Source: Candidatus Yonathbacteria bacterium RIFCSPLOWO2_01_FULL_43_27
GTDB taxonomy: Bacteria > Patescibacteriota > Minisyncoccia > Phycocordibacterales > UBA1550
Reading direction: 5' to 3'
NCBI GenBank assembly: GCA_001823545.1
Contig: MHUV01000003.1
Span: forward strand, 86,398 to 150,397
DNA length: 64,000 nucleotides
Positions 17,283 through 28,062 of this stretch are shown piece after piece. Numbering within the stretch: the first letter of the stretch is position 1; every line of letters starts with the position of its first letter. Both the position numbers and the translations under genes were made by a program. The notes under the pieces were generated by a model. The model was not told where the DNA came from and ran no database searches. It saw only the letters and a program-made list of their open reading frames with translations.

Positions 17283-18632
17283 TTATAGGCCACACTCACG
17301 AATACTCCAACCACCTCCAAATACAGCACTCATGGTAAAAACTCCAGTAAAATTTATATCCTGATCTTTTTTGAACAAAAGTAACTTCTGCTCAATTTCC
17401 TTATCTGTTTCAAAATAGCAACTAAAGAGATCCTTATTAACTTGGATCGAAACGAGGAAATAATTATCGCTTGGCTTATCAATATTTTTGAATGTACCTG
17501 ACCCAATAACTTTTGCATCTTTGTATTTTTCTAAAAAATTTCTTTGTTCAAGTGCGGTAGCTAAACTGTGGTATTTTGAAAATACATCAGAAATGTTTAC
17601 AGTGCTTGTAGCGAGAACGCTGTCGCTCTGTGTATCTATGTTACCACCAAGAATAGATGTGGATTCTGGATAAAAATAAACATAAACACCGAATCCAAAG
17701 GCAAGAATAGTGGCTATGGCAGAAATTGAATGTAATCGTGAGGGAAAATTCTTCTTTGTAGACCCAGCATCAAGCATAACCTTTTCGCGCCCCACAAGAT
17801 CACCATTACCAAAATGGACTTGCGATCTAGAAATATTGATTGACTGGGGGAGCTTTGAGTGCGGGCCTTCTTTCTGCTGAGAGTCAGATTGCACTATATT
17901 ACCCCCGCTTACTGAATTGCGTGAACGGAGTCCCCATTGTTCCCCATTTTCTTTCCCAAAATAAGCCAGGGCACCAATACTTCGCAACACACTTCTCAAT
18001 TCATTATCCGATAATCCGTAAAAACGTTTCTTAAATAGGGAAAATTTTCTCTTTGTGTATTGTGGGTCACTCAAGAGTTCAAGCATCCCTATTTTGATCT
18101 CATTTAAATCATCCTCGTGCGACTTATTTTTTGTAGCCTTCAACATCTCCTGTGACTGTCTCATTTGCCACTCACCGTTCGCGCGTTGATATAAATTATC
18201 GGAGATATTGGTATTCTCCGCCCTGCGAATTATTGTTTGCAGTTCGTCATCTGATAATTCTTCAATTGGTTTCTCTGCATTAGTAAGGTTTTCATTCACA
18301 AGCTTCCCAGTAATTATTAGACACTCTTTGTACAGCACTTCATCAGCGACAGTGAACTCTTTCCCTAAGGTTTGCTTTTGGACTTTCTGATATTCGATTA
18401 TTTCTCTGAGTAGTTTTGCTGTTAAGAAGTCATTCTCCTTTCGCCAAAAATTCCTAAGTCTATTCGCCTTAGATGTTCCCCCATCCTCGTATCCAACGGC
18501 ATAGACATCGATACCTGTGGTTTTCATGACAAAATCTCTAAACGCTCTGTCGGAAAAATTACAAACATATCCGCTCCTCATTTCGAGAAACTTTTCAAGA
18601 CGAAGCGTGTCGACGTGTTTTAAGGATGACAT
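17283..18632 (-). CDS. Hypothetical 449-aa protein with an N-terminal cytoplasmic domain, a single TM helix and a C-terminal extracytoplasmic domain
   Basis: Long ORF with a TM segment (ISAIATILAFGFGVYVYFY). No family was recognised. It is bracketed by tRNA-Gln and a duplicated tRNA 3-prime fragment. Confidence 0.5.
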   Translation of the reverse strand: MSSLKHVDTLRLEKFLEMRSGYVCNFSDRAFRDFVMKTTGIDVYAVGYEDGGTSKANRLRNFWRKENDFLTAKLLREIIEYQKVQKQTLGKEFTVADEVLYKECLIITGKLVNENLTNAEKPIEELSDDELQTIIRRAENTNISDNLYQRANGEWQMRQSQEMLKATKNKSHEDDLNEIKIGMLELLSDPQYTKRKFSLFKKRFYGLSDNELRSVLRSIGALAYFGKENGEQWGLRSRNSVSGGNIVQSDSQQKEGPHSKLPQSINISRSQVHFGNGDLVGREKVMLDAGSTKKNFPSRLHSISAIATILAFGFGVYVYFYPESTSILGGNIDTQSDSVLATSTVNISDVFSKYHSLATALEQRNFLEKYKDAKVIGSGTFKNIDKPSDNYFLVSIQVNKDLFSCYFETDKEIEQKLLLFKKDQDINFTGVFTMSAVFGGGWSIRECGL

Positions 18633-18660
18633 ATTCCAAGCATCTCGTGCTAGTTCAAGA

Positions 18661-18734
18661 TGGCTGGGAGACTAGGAATCGAACCTAGATTCACAGCTTC
18701 AAAGGCTGCTGTCCTACCATTAGACGATCTCCCA
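18661..18734 (-). tRNA. tRNA-Gln (anticodon UUG), CCA encoded
   Basis: Manual fold. Acceptor TGGGAGA/TCTCCCA. D-arm GTCT-AATGGTA-GGAC. Anticodon arm GCAGC-CTTTGAA-GCTGT with UUG at positions 34-36. T-arm CTAGG-TTCGATT-CCTAG. Discriminator G, then CCA. Confidence 0.85.
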
Positions 18735-18792
18735 ATATATTCAATTTTACACATTCACTCGCATTATCCCCTTTTGGACTGCCTCCCAATAC

Positions 18793-18820
18793 TTTTTATT
18801 AGCGACGTAGAGCGAGCGAA
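18793..18820. repeat. 28-nt conserved intergenic motif, copy A (tttttattagcgacgtagagcgagcgaa)
   Basis: See copy B. It lies about 60 nt from the 5-prime end of tRNA-Gln. Confidence 0.5.
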
Positions 18821-18957
18821 ATAAGAAAGTAGTCTTTCTCATTTCCGAGCCGAGGAGCTAATACAAGGGTATAATACCACGCCCCTCTGGGGCGGTAAAT
18901 GTGTGAGCGAAGCGAACACATTTTGACCGGGGCTTTGCCCTGGGGTAAATACCGCTT

Positions 18958-20004
18958 TTATTGAACTTCCGTAGTATGCCCGATGATTTGCATTAGTGCA
19001 AGTTCAAGGGGAAGCGTAGGAATTGCCGAAACGCGAAGTTCGGTATAGGTACTGAGAAGGATGAGGAGCTCTTTGGACGAGAGTGTTTTCCCCGCTTCCT
19101 TGGCAATTTTCTCTAACAGAACAAGGTCCTGCTCTGAACAATTGTTGCGTACCTCGTCCTTCATCGCAGGCGCAAAACGAAGGAGGAGTACGAAACGTAT
19201 CTTACGCACAACAAGGTCGAGAAAGATTTTCATATCCCCCACCGACTCGCTGGCGACACGAAGCGCCTGCGCACCTTTTGCGAAATCTCGCTCGGTAATC
19301 GCAAGAATGAAATCGTTCACGAGGTGCGCGCTCGGTGCGCCAAGCGTTTGTTCGACTTCAATAGGGGTAATCTTTTTATCACTCGAGGAAGAAAGCACTT
19401 TCTGAAGGGTGCCGAGCGTGTCGCGGAATGACCCGTCACCCAAAAGCGCAACGAGGTCGGAAGAGGAGGGCTCGAGCGTGTATCCTTCTTTTTTTGCAAC
19501 ACTCTCCACAAGTTTTTGTAATGTTGCGTGCGATGGTTTCTTGAACCGAAATGTCTGGCAACGAGAAACGATCGTCGCAGGAAGTTTTTCCTCTTCGGTC
19601 GTCGCGAGAATGAAGACCACATGGCGAGGAGGTTCTTCGAGTGTTTTCAAAAGTGCATTGAACGCCTCTTTTGTGAGCATGTGTACCTCGTCCACAATGT
19701 ACACCTTGCACGTTGAATCAAACGGGAGCGTATGCACGGCATCACGAAGCGCGCGGATATCATCGACGCCACGATTTGACGCCGCATCAATCTCGTACGT
19801 GTCATTATCCGAAGCGCCGAGCGCGCGCGCAAAGATACGCGCGATAGAGGTCTTGCCTGTACCGCGAGAACCAGCAAAAAGATATGCGTGTGCGGTCGTT
19901 TTGTTTTTAAGCGCGCCTTGGAGTGCCGTTACGACGGCTTCTTGTCCGATAACCTCAGTAAAATTCTGTGGACGGTATTTGCGATAGAGAGTGACTTCTG
20001 ACAT
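18958..20004 (-). CDS. dnaX: DNA polymerase III subunit gamma/tau (short form)
   Basis: YRPQNFTEVIGQE, GSRGTGKTS (Walker A), DEVHML (DEAD-like), TRFKKPS (SRC motif region). Confidence 0.85.
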   Translation of the reverse strand: MSEVTLYRKYRPQNFTEVIGQEAVVTALQGALKNKTTAHAYLFAGSRGTGKTSIARIFARALGASDNDTYEIDAASNRGVDDIRALRDAVHTLPFDSTCKVYIVDEVHMLTKEAFNALLKTLEEPPRHVVFILATTEEEKLPATIVSRCQTFRFKKPSHATLQKLVESVAKKEGYTLEPSSSDLVALLGDGSFRDTLGTLQKVLSSSSDKKITPIEVEQTLGAPSAHLVNDFILAITERDFAKGAQALRVASESVGDMKIFLDLVVRKIRFVLLLRFAPAMKDEVRNNCSEQDLVLLEKIAKEAGKTLSSKELLILLSTYTELRVSAIPTLPLELALMQIIGHTTEVQ

Positions 20005-20028
20005 AAAATTAATTCTATTATACCAAAT

Positions 20029-21066
20029 TTACCGCGCACTCAAAAATGCGCGCGCAATGCGTTCTACTTCGGTAGCATTGGGCGCGTCCATAAGCTTGAT
20101 GCGAATTTCCTTTGCGCCATCGAACCCATGCACGTATGCCTTGTAGTGCTTTTTCATTATCGCAAAACTTTTTATATCACCGAGCAATTTTTCAAAAAGA
20201 TGCGTATGCTCAATCATCACCTCAAATTTTTCTTCAAGAGAGATTTCTGCATTACTGCGCGTGCGATCAAAGAGCCACGGATTACCAAACACCGCACGAC
20301 CAAGCATCGCGCCATCGGCACCCGTTGCACGTACTTTCTCCTCCGCATCGGCAATACTCTGCACATCACCATTGCCAATAATGAGTGTGCCTGTCCCTTT
20401 TGCGAGATCTACGGCACGCTTCACAAACTCCCACCGCGCGGGCACGAGTGAGAGTTCTTTGCGTGTGCGTGCATGTACGGTAATAACTGCCGGCTTGGTC
20501 TCGAGAATGGCACCGATCCACGGTTCGAGATCTTCTTTGTTGTATCCCACGCGTGTTTTAACAGAAACGGGTAAATTCGGAGCACCTGCCATCGTCGCAC
20601 GGATAATTTCCTGCGCACGCTTGGGGTCTTTAAGGAGCGACGCGCCAGCACCTTGTTTCTCAATACTTCGATCGGGACACCCCATATTGATATCAATACC
20701 GTCAAAACCAAGCCCTGCGAGGAGCTCTGCTGTTTTTAAAAAAGTGTCCGGGTTTCCGCCAAAAATTTGCGCCACAATAGGATGTTCTTGTTTGGTGTAT
20801 GCAAGGTCGCGCTTTAGTACTTCGCGCCCTGGACTCATCAAACCATCACACGATACAAACTCCGTCCAAAAGACATCGGGACCACCACCAACTTCCCCAT
20901 GACGACTGTACTTTGCAATCATTTGTCGAAATGCAGAATCTGTCACCTCTGCCATTGGCGCCAGCACAAAAAAAGGTTTTGGAAGCTTTTCCCAAAATCC
21001 CATAAACGGTCCGCCCTCGTTCTGTGGAGAGGTTGTGCTATTTTTCATATTCATATTGTGTACCAT
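20029..21066 (-). CDS. tRNA-dihydrouridine synthase
   Basis: FVLAPMAEVTDSAFR, IDINMGCP, IGNGDV are Dus family motifs. Confidence 0.8.
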   Translation of the reverse strand: MVHNMNMKNSTTSPQNEGGPFMGFWEKLPKPFFVLAPMAEVTDSAFRQMIAKYSRHGEVGGGPDVFWTEFVSCDGLMSPGREVLKRDLAYTKQEHPIVAQIFGGNPDTFLKTAELLAGLGFDGIDINMGCPDRSIEKQGAGASLLKDPKRAQEIIRATMAGAPNLPVSVKTRVGYNKEDLEPWIGAILETKPAVITVHARTRKELSLVPARWEFVKRAVDLAKGTGTLIIGNGDVQSIADAEEKVRATGADGAMLGRAVFGNPWLFDRTRSNAEISLEEKFEVMIEHTHLFEKLLGDIKSFAIMKKHYKAYVHGFDGAKEIRIKLMDAPNATEVERIARAFLSAR

Positions 21067-21302
21067 TATAACAAAACTGTTGCTTGATTTAACCCTACTT
21101 CCAACACACCACTTTCAATAGGCACAGTGATCTCTGTTCCCTCTTCGTCACGAATACGAAGCACGCCTTTTTTGAGCACGGCAACGAGCGGTGCATGATG
21201 TGCGAGAATAGTTACCTCGCCCGACACACACGGACACGTGAGCGATGTCGCCATGCCATCAAAATATGTTTTATCTACTTGCGCTACGATAAGGTTAAAC
21301 AT
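21066..21302 (-). CDS. atpC: ATP synthase F1 epsilon subunit, N-terminal beta-sandwich domain only
   Basis: MFNLIVAQVDKTYFDG...GEVTILAHHAPLVAVLKKGVLRI follows directly after atpD. It is only about 79 aa and lacks the C-terminal helical hairpin. Confidence 0.7.
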   Translation of the reverse strand: MFNLIVAQVDKTYFDGMATSLTCPCVSGEVTILAHHAPLVAVLKKGVLRIRDEEGTEITVPIESGVLEVGLNQATVLL

Positions 21303-21319
21303 AATATTTTTTATGTACA

Positions 21320-23688
<2,369 letters not shown>

Positions 23689-23697
23689 ACAGTAGTG

Positions 23698-25260
23698 CTA
23701 ATTAAGAAACAGTTCGCGATGCGTTTCCTTGAACGCGGTAAACATCTCTTTGATTTTTTCTTCGGTAGCATCAGAAACTGCACGCTCACGTTTGATCGTC
23801 TTGAAAATTTCATCCGCATGACGCTCGACATAGGTAATAAGTTTTTCTTCAAAAAGATTCATGTCTTCTACATTAACACTGTCGATGAACCCTGAAATAC
23901 CCGCGTAAATAGCGAGGACTTCTTTTTCAAATGCCTGCGGTTTCCCATTGGGTTGTTTCAAAAGCTCCGAGAGGCGACGCCCTTTCTCGATGCGCATCTT
24001 TGTTTCGGGATCAAGGTCACTCGCAAATTGCATAAATGCCTCGAGCTCGCGAAACTGCGCAAGTTCGAGGCGAATCTTCCCCGCTACTTTTTTCATCGCT
24101 TTCGTTTGCGCTGCCGATCCCACGCGTGACACTGACAATCCGACATTGATCGCTGGACGCATTCCTTTATTAAAAAGATCTGTATCAAGATATATTTGTC
24201 CATCGGTAATCGAAATCACGTTCGTAGGAATGTACGCAGACACATCCCCTTGCTGAGTTTCAATAATAGGGAGCGCAGTCAAGGAACCACCACCGAGCCT
24301 GTTTGAAAGTTTTGCCGAACGCTCCAAAAGGCGTGAATGAAGGTAAAAAATATCTCCTGGATATGCCTCGCGACCTGGTGGACGACGAAGGAGAAGTGAC
24401 ATCTGGCGATACGCGACAGCGTGTTTGGAAAGGTCGTCGTACACCACAAGCGCATCTTTACCTTTGAGCATAAAGAACTCTCCGATCGTTGCACCGGTAA
24501 ATGGCGCAAGATACTGAAGCGCCGCTGTTTCAGAACTTCCCGCCACGACAACAATGGTATAGGCAAGTGCACCGCGCTCGGCAAGGTCGCCTACGATACG
24601 CGCAATTTTTGATTCTTTTTGTCCGATAGCAACATAAATACAAATAGGGCGCGTTTCCTCAGGTTCATTCAGTTGGTTCAAAATTGTATCGAGCGCAATC
24701 GATGTCTTGCCCGTACTACGGTCACCAATGATGAGTTCGCGTTGTCCACGTCCGATAGGAATCATCGAATCAATAGCTTTAATTCCCGTATGGAGAGGTG
24801 TATCAACGCCCGCGCGATCCATCACGCCAAATGCGGTGCGTTCGATAGGGAGACGATCTTCTTCTTTGAATGATCCCTTGCCGTCGATAGGTTCACCGAG
24901 TGCATTTACCACCCTACCGACACACTCGCTCGAAATAGGAATAGAGAGTGTTTTCCCTGTGCCTTTCGCAATCATTCCTTCACGAATACGCTCTGCACCA
25001 GAAAGAATAACTATTTTTACAAACTCTTCCTCGAGATTAAGTACAAAGCCCACGACAGGTTCCTGGTCGAGTGATTCCGCAAGCGGTTTACCATGCTCGT
25101 CTTCAAACGTCACCATTTCTGCCATCATTACGTTAGCAAGACCTTCTACTTCGGCGATGCCATCACCAGCTTTGACCACCGTACCAATATGTTCAACACC
25201 CGTACGTGGCGCGAGGTTCTCAATTTCTTTTCTGATTTTTTCAATAAGAATGGTGTTCAT
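23698..25260 (-). CDS. atpA: ATP synthase F1 alpha subunit
   Basis: GDRSTGKTS Walker A, alpha-type C-terminal domain. Confidence 0.95.
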   Translation of the reverse strand: MNTILIEKIRKEIENLAPRTGVEHIGTVVKAGDGIAEVEGLANVMMAEMVTFEDEHGKPLAESLDQEPVVGFVLNLEEEFVKIVILSGAERIREGMIAKGTGKTLSIPISSECVGRVVNALGEPIDGKGSFKEEDRLPIERTAFGVMDRAGVDTPLHTGIKAIDSMIPIGRGQRELIIGDRSTGKTSIALDTILNQLNEPEETRPICIYVAIGQKESKIARIVGDLAERGALAYTIVVVAGSSETAALQYLAPFTGATIGEFFMLKGKDALVVYDDLSKHAVAYRQMSLLLRRPPGREAYPGDIFYLHSRLLERSAKLSNRLGGGSLTALPIIETQQGDVSAYIPTNVISITDGQIYLDTDLFNKGMRPAINVGLSVSRVGSAAQTKAMKKVAGKIRLELAQFRELEAFMQFASDLDPETKMRIEKGRRLSELLKQPNGKPQAFEKEVLAIYAGISGFIDSVNVEDMNLFEEKLITYVERHADEIFKTIKRERAVSDATEEKIKEMFTAFKETHRELFLN

Positions 25261-25290
25261 AATAATGATGTGTGTACGAATGATACGATA

Positions 25291-25695
25291 TTAATGTTTG
25301 CGCGTAATATTTTTATAAAGGTCAGCCAGCAATCTTTTGTAGCTCTGATCCACGAGCATGTGTTTGCCGCGAAGCTGATACCCTCCAACGATAGACTCGT
25401 CTATGATTTCTTCGGGAACCGCGTCGGGGGAAATCGTTCCCTCTTTTTGATAATGTTCATAGGCGAACGCTCCGCGCGCGCGACCCTTTTCGTGTGCTGT
25501 TACGACGAGTACTTTTTGATGTGCATAGGTACGACGAGAAATAGTTTGAAACTCTTGTACGATACGCGTCAATAGCCCCGAATGCCCGCGTGTGCTCACC
25601 ACATCTGAAAACCGTGCAATAATACGCCCTGCATCAGATTCGTTTTTCCCTTTGAGTGCGCGATGAAGCGCTTCGGCGTACCATACTGCTTTCAT
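25291..25695 (-). CDS. atpH: ATP synthase F1 delta (OSCP) subunit
   Basis: MKAVWYAEALH... is the delta N-terminus. It lies between atpF and atpA. The start is chosen at the internal Met just after the atpF stop. Confidence 0.7.
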   Translation of the reverse strand: MKAVWYAEALHRALKGKNESDAGRIIARFSDVVSTRGHSGLLTRIVQEFQTISRRTYAHQKVLVVTAHEKGRARGAFAYEHYQKEGTISPDAVPEEIIDESIVGGYQLRGKHMLVDQSYKRLLADLYKNITRKH

Positions 25696-25699
25696 ATTT

Positions 25700-26143
25700 T
25701 TATGATGTTCGTAAAATCTTTTCCGCCGCAAGGACTGCCATGCGCGCAACGTCACGCTCTGTCTTTTCAACCATTTCTTCTCGCTCACGCTCTATACGAC
25801 GCTCTGCATCGCGAAGTAGATACTCCGCTCTGCGATGCGCATCTTTTATAATGACGTGCTCTTCACCGAGTGCGCTCTTTTTTGCTCCCTCAATAAGCTC
25901 GTCTCCTTTAAGACGTGCCTCGTGAAGAATATGAATTCTTTCTGCCTCGGCTTTCCCTAGATCCTCCTCTGCACGAAGTGCATTCTTGATAGAGCGTTCT
26001 ATTTTCTCTCGGCGCGCGTCAACGACTGCCAATATCGGCTTGTACAAAAAACGATGAAGCACAAATAACAGCAAGCCAAAATTTACCGCCTGAATCAGGA
26101 TAAGTTTCCAGTCGATACCAAAAACGGAAATGATTTGTTCCAT
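25700..26143 (-). CDS. atpF: ATP synthase Fo subunit b
   Basis: Single N-terminal TM helix, then a long charged helix (ARREKIERSIKNALRAEEDL...). Confidence 0.8.
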   Translation of the reverse strand: MEQIISVFGIDWKLILIQAVNFGLLLFVLHRFLYKPILAVVDARREKIERSIKNALRAEEDLGKAEAERIHILHEARLKGDELIEGAKKSALGEEHVIIKDAHRRAEYLLRDAERRIEREREEMVEKTERDVARMAVLAAEKILRTS

Positions 26144-26189
26144 AAGAATACGTTGGTTCGCTACGAAAGAGTATTACTCGTAGTAAACA

Positions 26190-26417
26190 CTAAGCGAACT
26201 TTATGATAAATCCAACCACGAGTGCAAAGATTGCAAGCGCCTCGGTAAAGGCAATACCGATGATCATTGAACCCTGAATCTTTCCAGAAGCGTCAGGATT
26301 GCGCCCGATTGCCTCGAGTGCCGACGATGCGATGCGTCCAATACCAAGCGCTGGTGCGGAGACCCCAATACCTACAACGAGTGCCATACCAATGATTTTT
26401 ACTGATTCGATATCCAT
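26190..26417 (-). CDS. atpE: ATP synthase Fo subunit c
   Basis: 75-aa hairpin. GRNPD loop and conserved carboxylate helix (AFTEALAIFALVV). Confidence 0.9.
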   Translation of the reverse strand: MDIESVKIIGMALVVGIGVSAPALGIGRIASSALEAIGRNPDASGKIQGSMIIGIAFTEALAIFALVVGFIIKFA

Positions 26418-26451
26418 AATATTTTATATTAATTATCTACTAATACTAATC

Positions 26452-27195
26452 TCAATGTGCTTCCGCCACCGCAATTTTTACAAAAAAGAGCGTGAGGAGC
26501 GCAAAGATTGCAGCTTGCACAAAACCTACAAAGATCTCAAAGGCCATCAGTGGGACAGGAAGAACCATCGGCACAAAATGTTGGATAACCAAAATTATAA
26601 CCTCTCCCGCAAAAATATTTCCAAAAAGACGGAACGAAAAGGATACTAAACGTGCCACCTCGGAAAATATCTCTATAATCCCCACGAAAAACCCCATTGC
26701 CGAGCTAAGGTTAACAAATTTCTTACCATACCTCAAGGTACCGAGTGCCATAATACCAAATACCTCAACCGTAAAGACCGCAACGAACGCAAGGGCAAGC
26801 GTCATATTGAGGTCAGTATTCATTGAACGCAAAATAGGTGTCGCCTCGCCATTACCGTGAAATAGGCCGATACTTCCAATTCCCGGCACAAATTCAACAA
26901 GATTTGCAATGAGCACAAAGAGAAAAATCGTGAGGAGGATAGGAAAAAGCTTTCGTGCAAGTTTCTCATCTTCGAGTGTCTCCGTCATATAGTCCAAAAC
27001 GCCCGTAAATAGCATTTCAAAGACGACCTGTGCACGACCGGGGACCATTGAGAGTGAGCGACGTACTAAAAAGACAATACAACCAATGAGCAAAATGACC
27101 GCAAAGCTCATCACGACCGTATTAGTAATAGGAATACCAAAAAACGACCCTAAGTGTTCCGACGCAAGCGCAATATGAATGCCTTGTTCAGTCAT
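26452..27195 (-). CDS. atpB: ATP synthase Fo subunit a
   Basis: Polytopic membrane protein with a conserved Arg helix (FSFRLFGNIFAGE). Confidence 0.85.
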   Translation of the reverse strand: MTEQGIHIALASEHLGSFFGIPITNTVVMSFAVILLIGCIVFLVRRSLSMVPGRAQVVFEMLFTGVLDYMTETLEDEKLARKLFPILLTIFLFVLIANLVEFVPGIGSIGLFHGNGEATPILRSMNTDLNMTLALAFVAVFTVEVFGIMALGTLRYGKKFVNLSSAMGFFVGIIEIFSEVARLVSFSFRLFGNIFAGEVIILVIQHFVPMVLPVPLMAFEIFVGFVQAAIFALLTLFFVKIAVAEAH

Positions 27196-27271
27196 AATAT
27201 ATTTGCCCGCATTCTAGCAGATACCTGCCCGAGTACCAAATGTGAGTAATACGTAAGCGGTGTATTTCGTC

Positions 27272-27985
27272 AAAATATGGACACGGCGTGTCCATATTTT
27301 ACTCTATTGATGATGAACCCTGCGCTAAATCGCTAATTGAAATGATCTGCTGAATAGTTTTCTCTTGGTTTTTTGCAGTACCAAGATTTTCTGACAATAT
27401 TTCTTTATTTATAATAGATGGGAAATTTTTCTGTCCTAAATAATCCAAAAGACTACTCCATCTATATTTTTTTAGATTTTCCATCACTGATGTCATATCC
27501 AAAATGTTTCCAGTCCTCCATTCCGAATGTGTGAGATCAAGAGGGTTAAGATGAATATAATACGGAACATAAAGAAAATGCGCATCACGCTCAATATGAA
27601 TTCGCTTGAAGGTGCCCTGCCACAAGACACCAGAACGACTATATTTCTCATTGAAATATTTTGCATACCCCATATTAATCTTTCTCATAAATAAAGAAAT
27701 GCCATTATCTTCCAGTTCTGAAACGAGGAGGTGGTAATGATTCGGCATCAAGCAGAATGCATGAATTTCAACGAGTGGTCTGCGTACATACTGAGATTGA
27801 AATTCACGAAAACGGTGATTGGGACCTACGTTATTTACATTATTAAAAACATAGAGGTCGTGTATAAACCTAACATAATCAGAATCTTCAAGGAACGTAA
27901 TTTTTTTATCTACCCCACGATTAATAAGATGATAGAACTCCATACCAACTATCATATCAAATATGGACACGCCGTGTCCATATTT
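27272..27985 (-). mobile_element. IS200/IS605- or RAYT-type element: Y1 HUH transposase gene bounded by two near-identical perfect palindromes
   Basis: Palindrome AAATATGGACACG-N-CGTGTCCATATTT at 27272..27300 (center G) and 27959..27985 (center C). The ORF between has the HUH motif and catalytic Tyr. Confidence 0.65.
27299..27955 (-). CDS. Y1 (HUH) tyrosine transposase, IS200-like / REP-associated tyrosine transposase family (COG1943-like)
   Basis: HUH motif LMPNHYHLLV. Catalytic Tyr context KKYRWSSLLDY. It is 218-223 aa depending on start (ATG at 27955 or GTG at 27970). Confidence 0.75.
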   Translation of the reverse strand: MIVGMEFYHLINRGVDKKITFLEDSDYVRFIHDLYVFNNVNNVGPNHRFREFQSQYVRRPLVEIHAFCLMPNHYHLLVSELEDNGISLFMRKINMGYAKYFNEKYSRSGVLWQGTFKRIHIERDAHFLYVPYYIHLNPLDLTHSEWRTGNILDMTSVMENLKKYRWSSLLDYLGQKNFPSIINKEILSENLGTAKNQEKTIQQIISISDLAQGSSSIE

Positions 27986-28062
27986 CAGAAAAGAGATGAA
28001 AATTACTCATACCAACGATTTAAGAAATAGACACTAAATATATGTACCTAAAACAATAGGTA

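Noticed and set aside
18735-18957. SRP RNA (ffs) next to dnaX
   Set aside because: dnaX is often adjacent to ffs. Neither strand here shows the conserved domain IV motifs (GGAA tetraloop context, AGCAG/GAAG asymmetric loops). I kept it only as an unassigned structured spacer.
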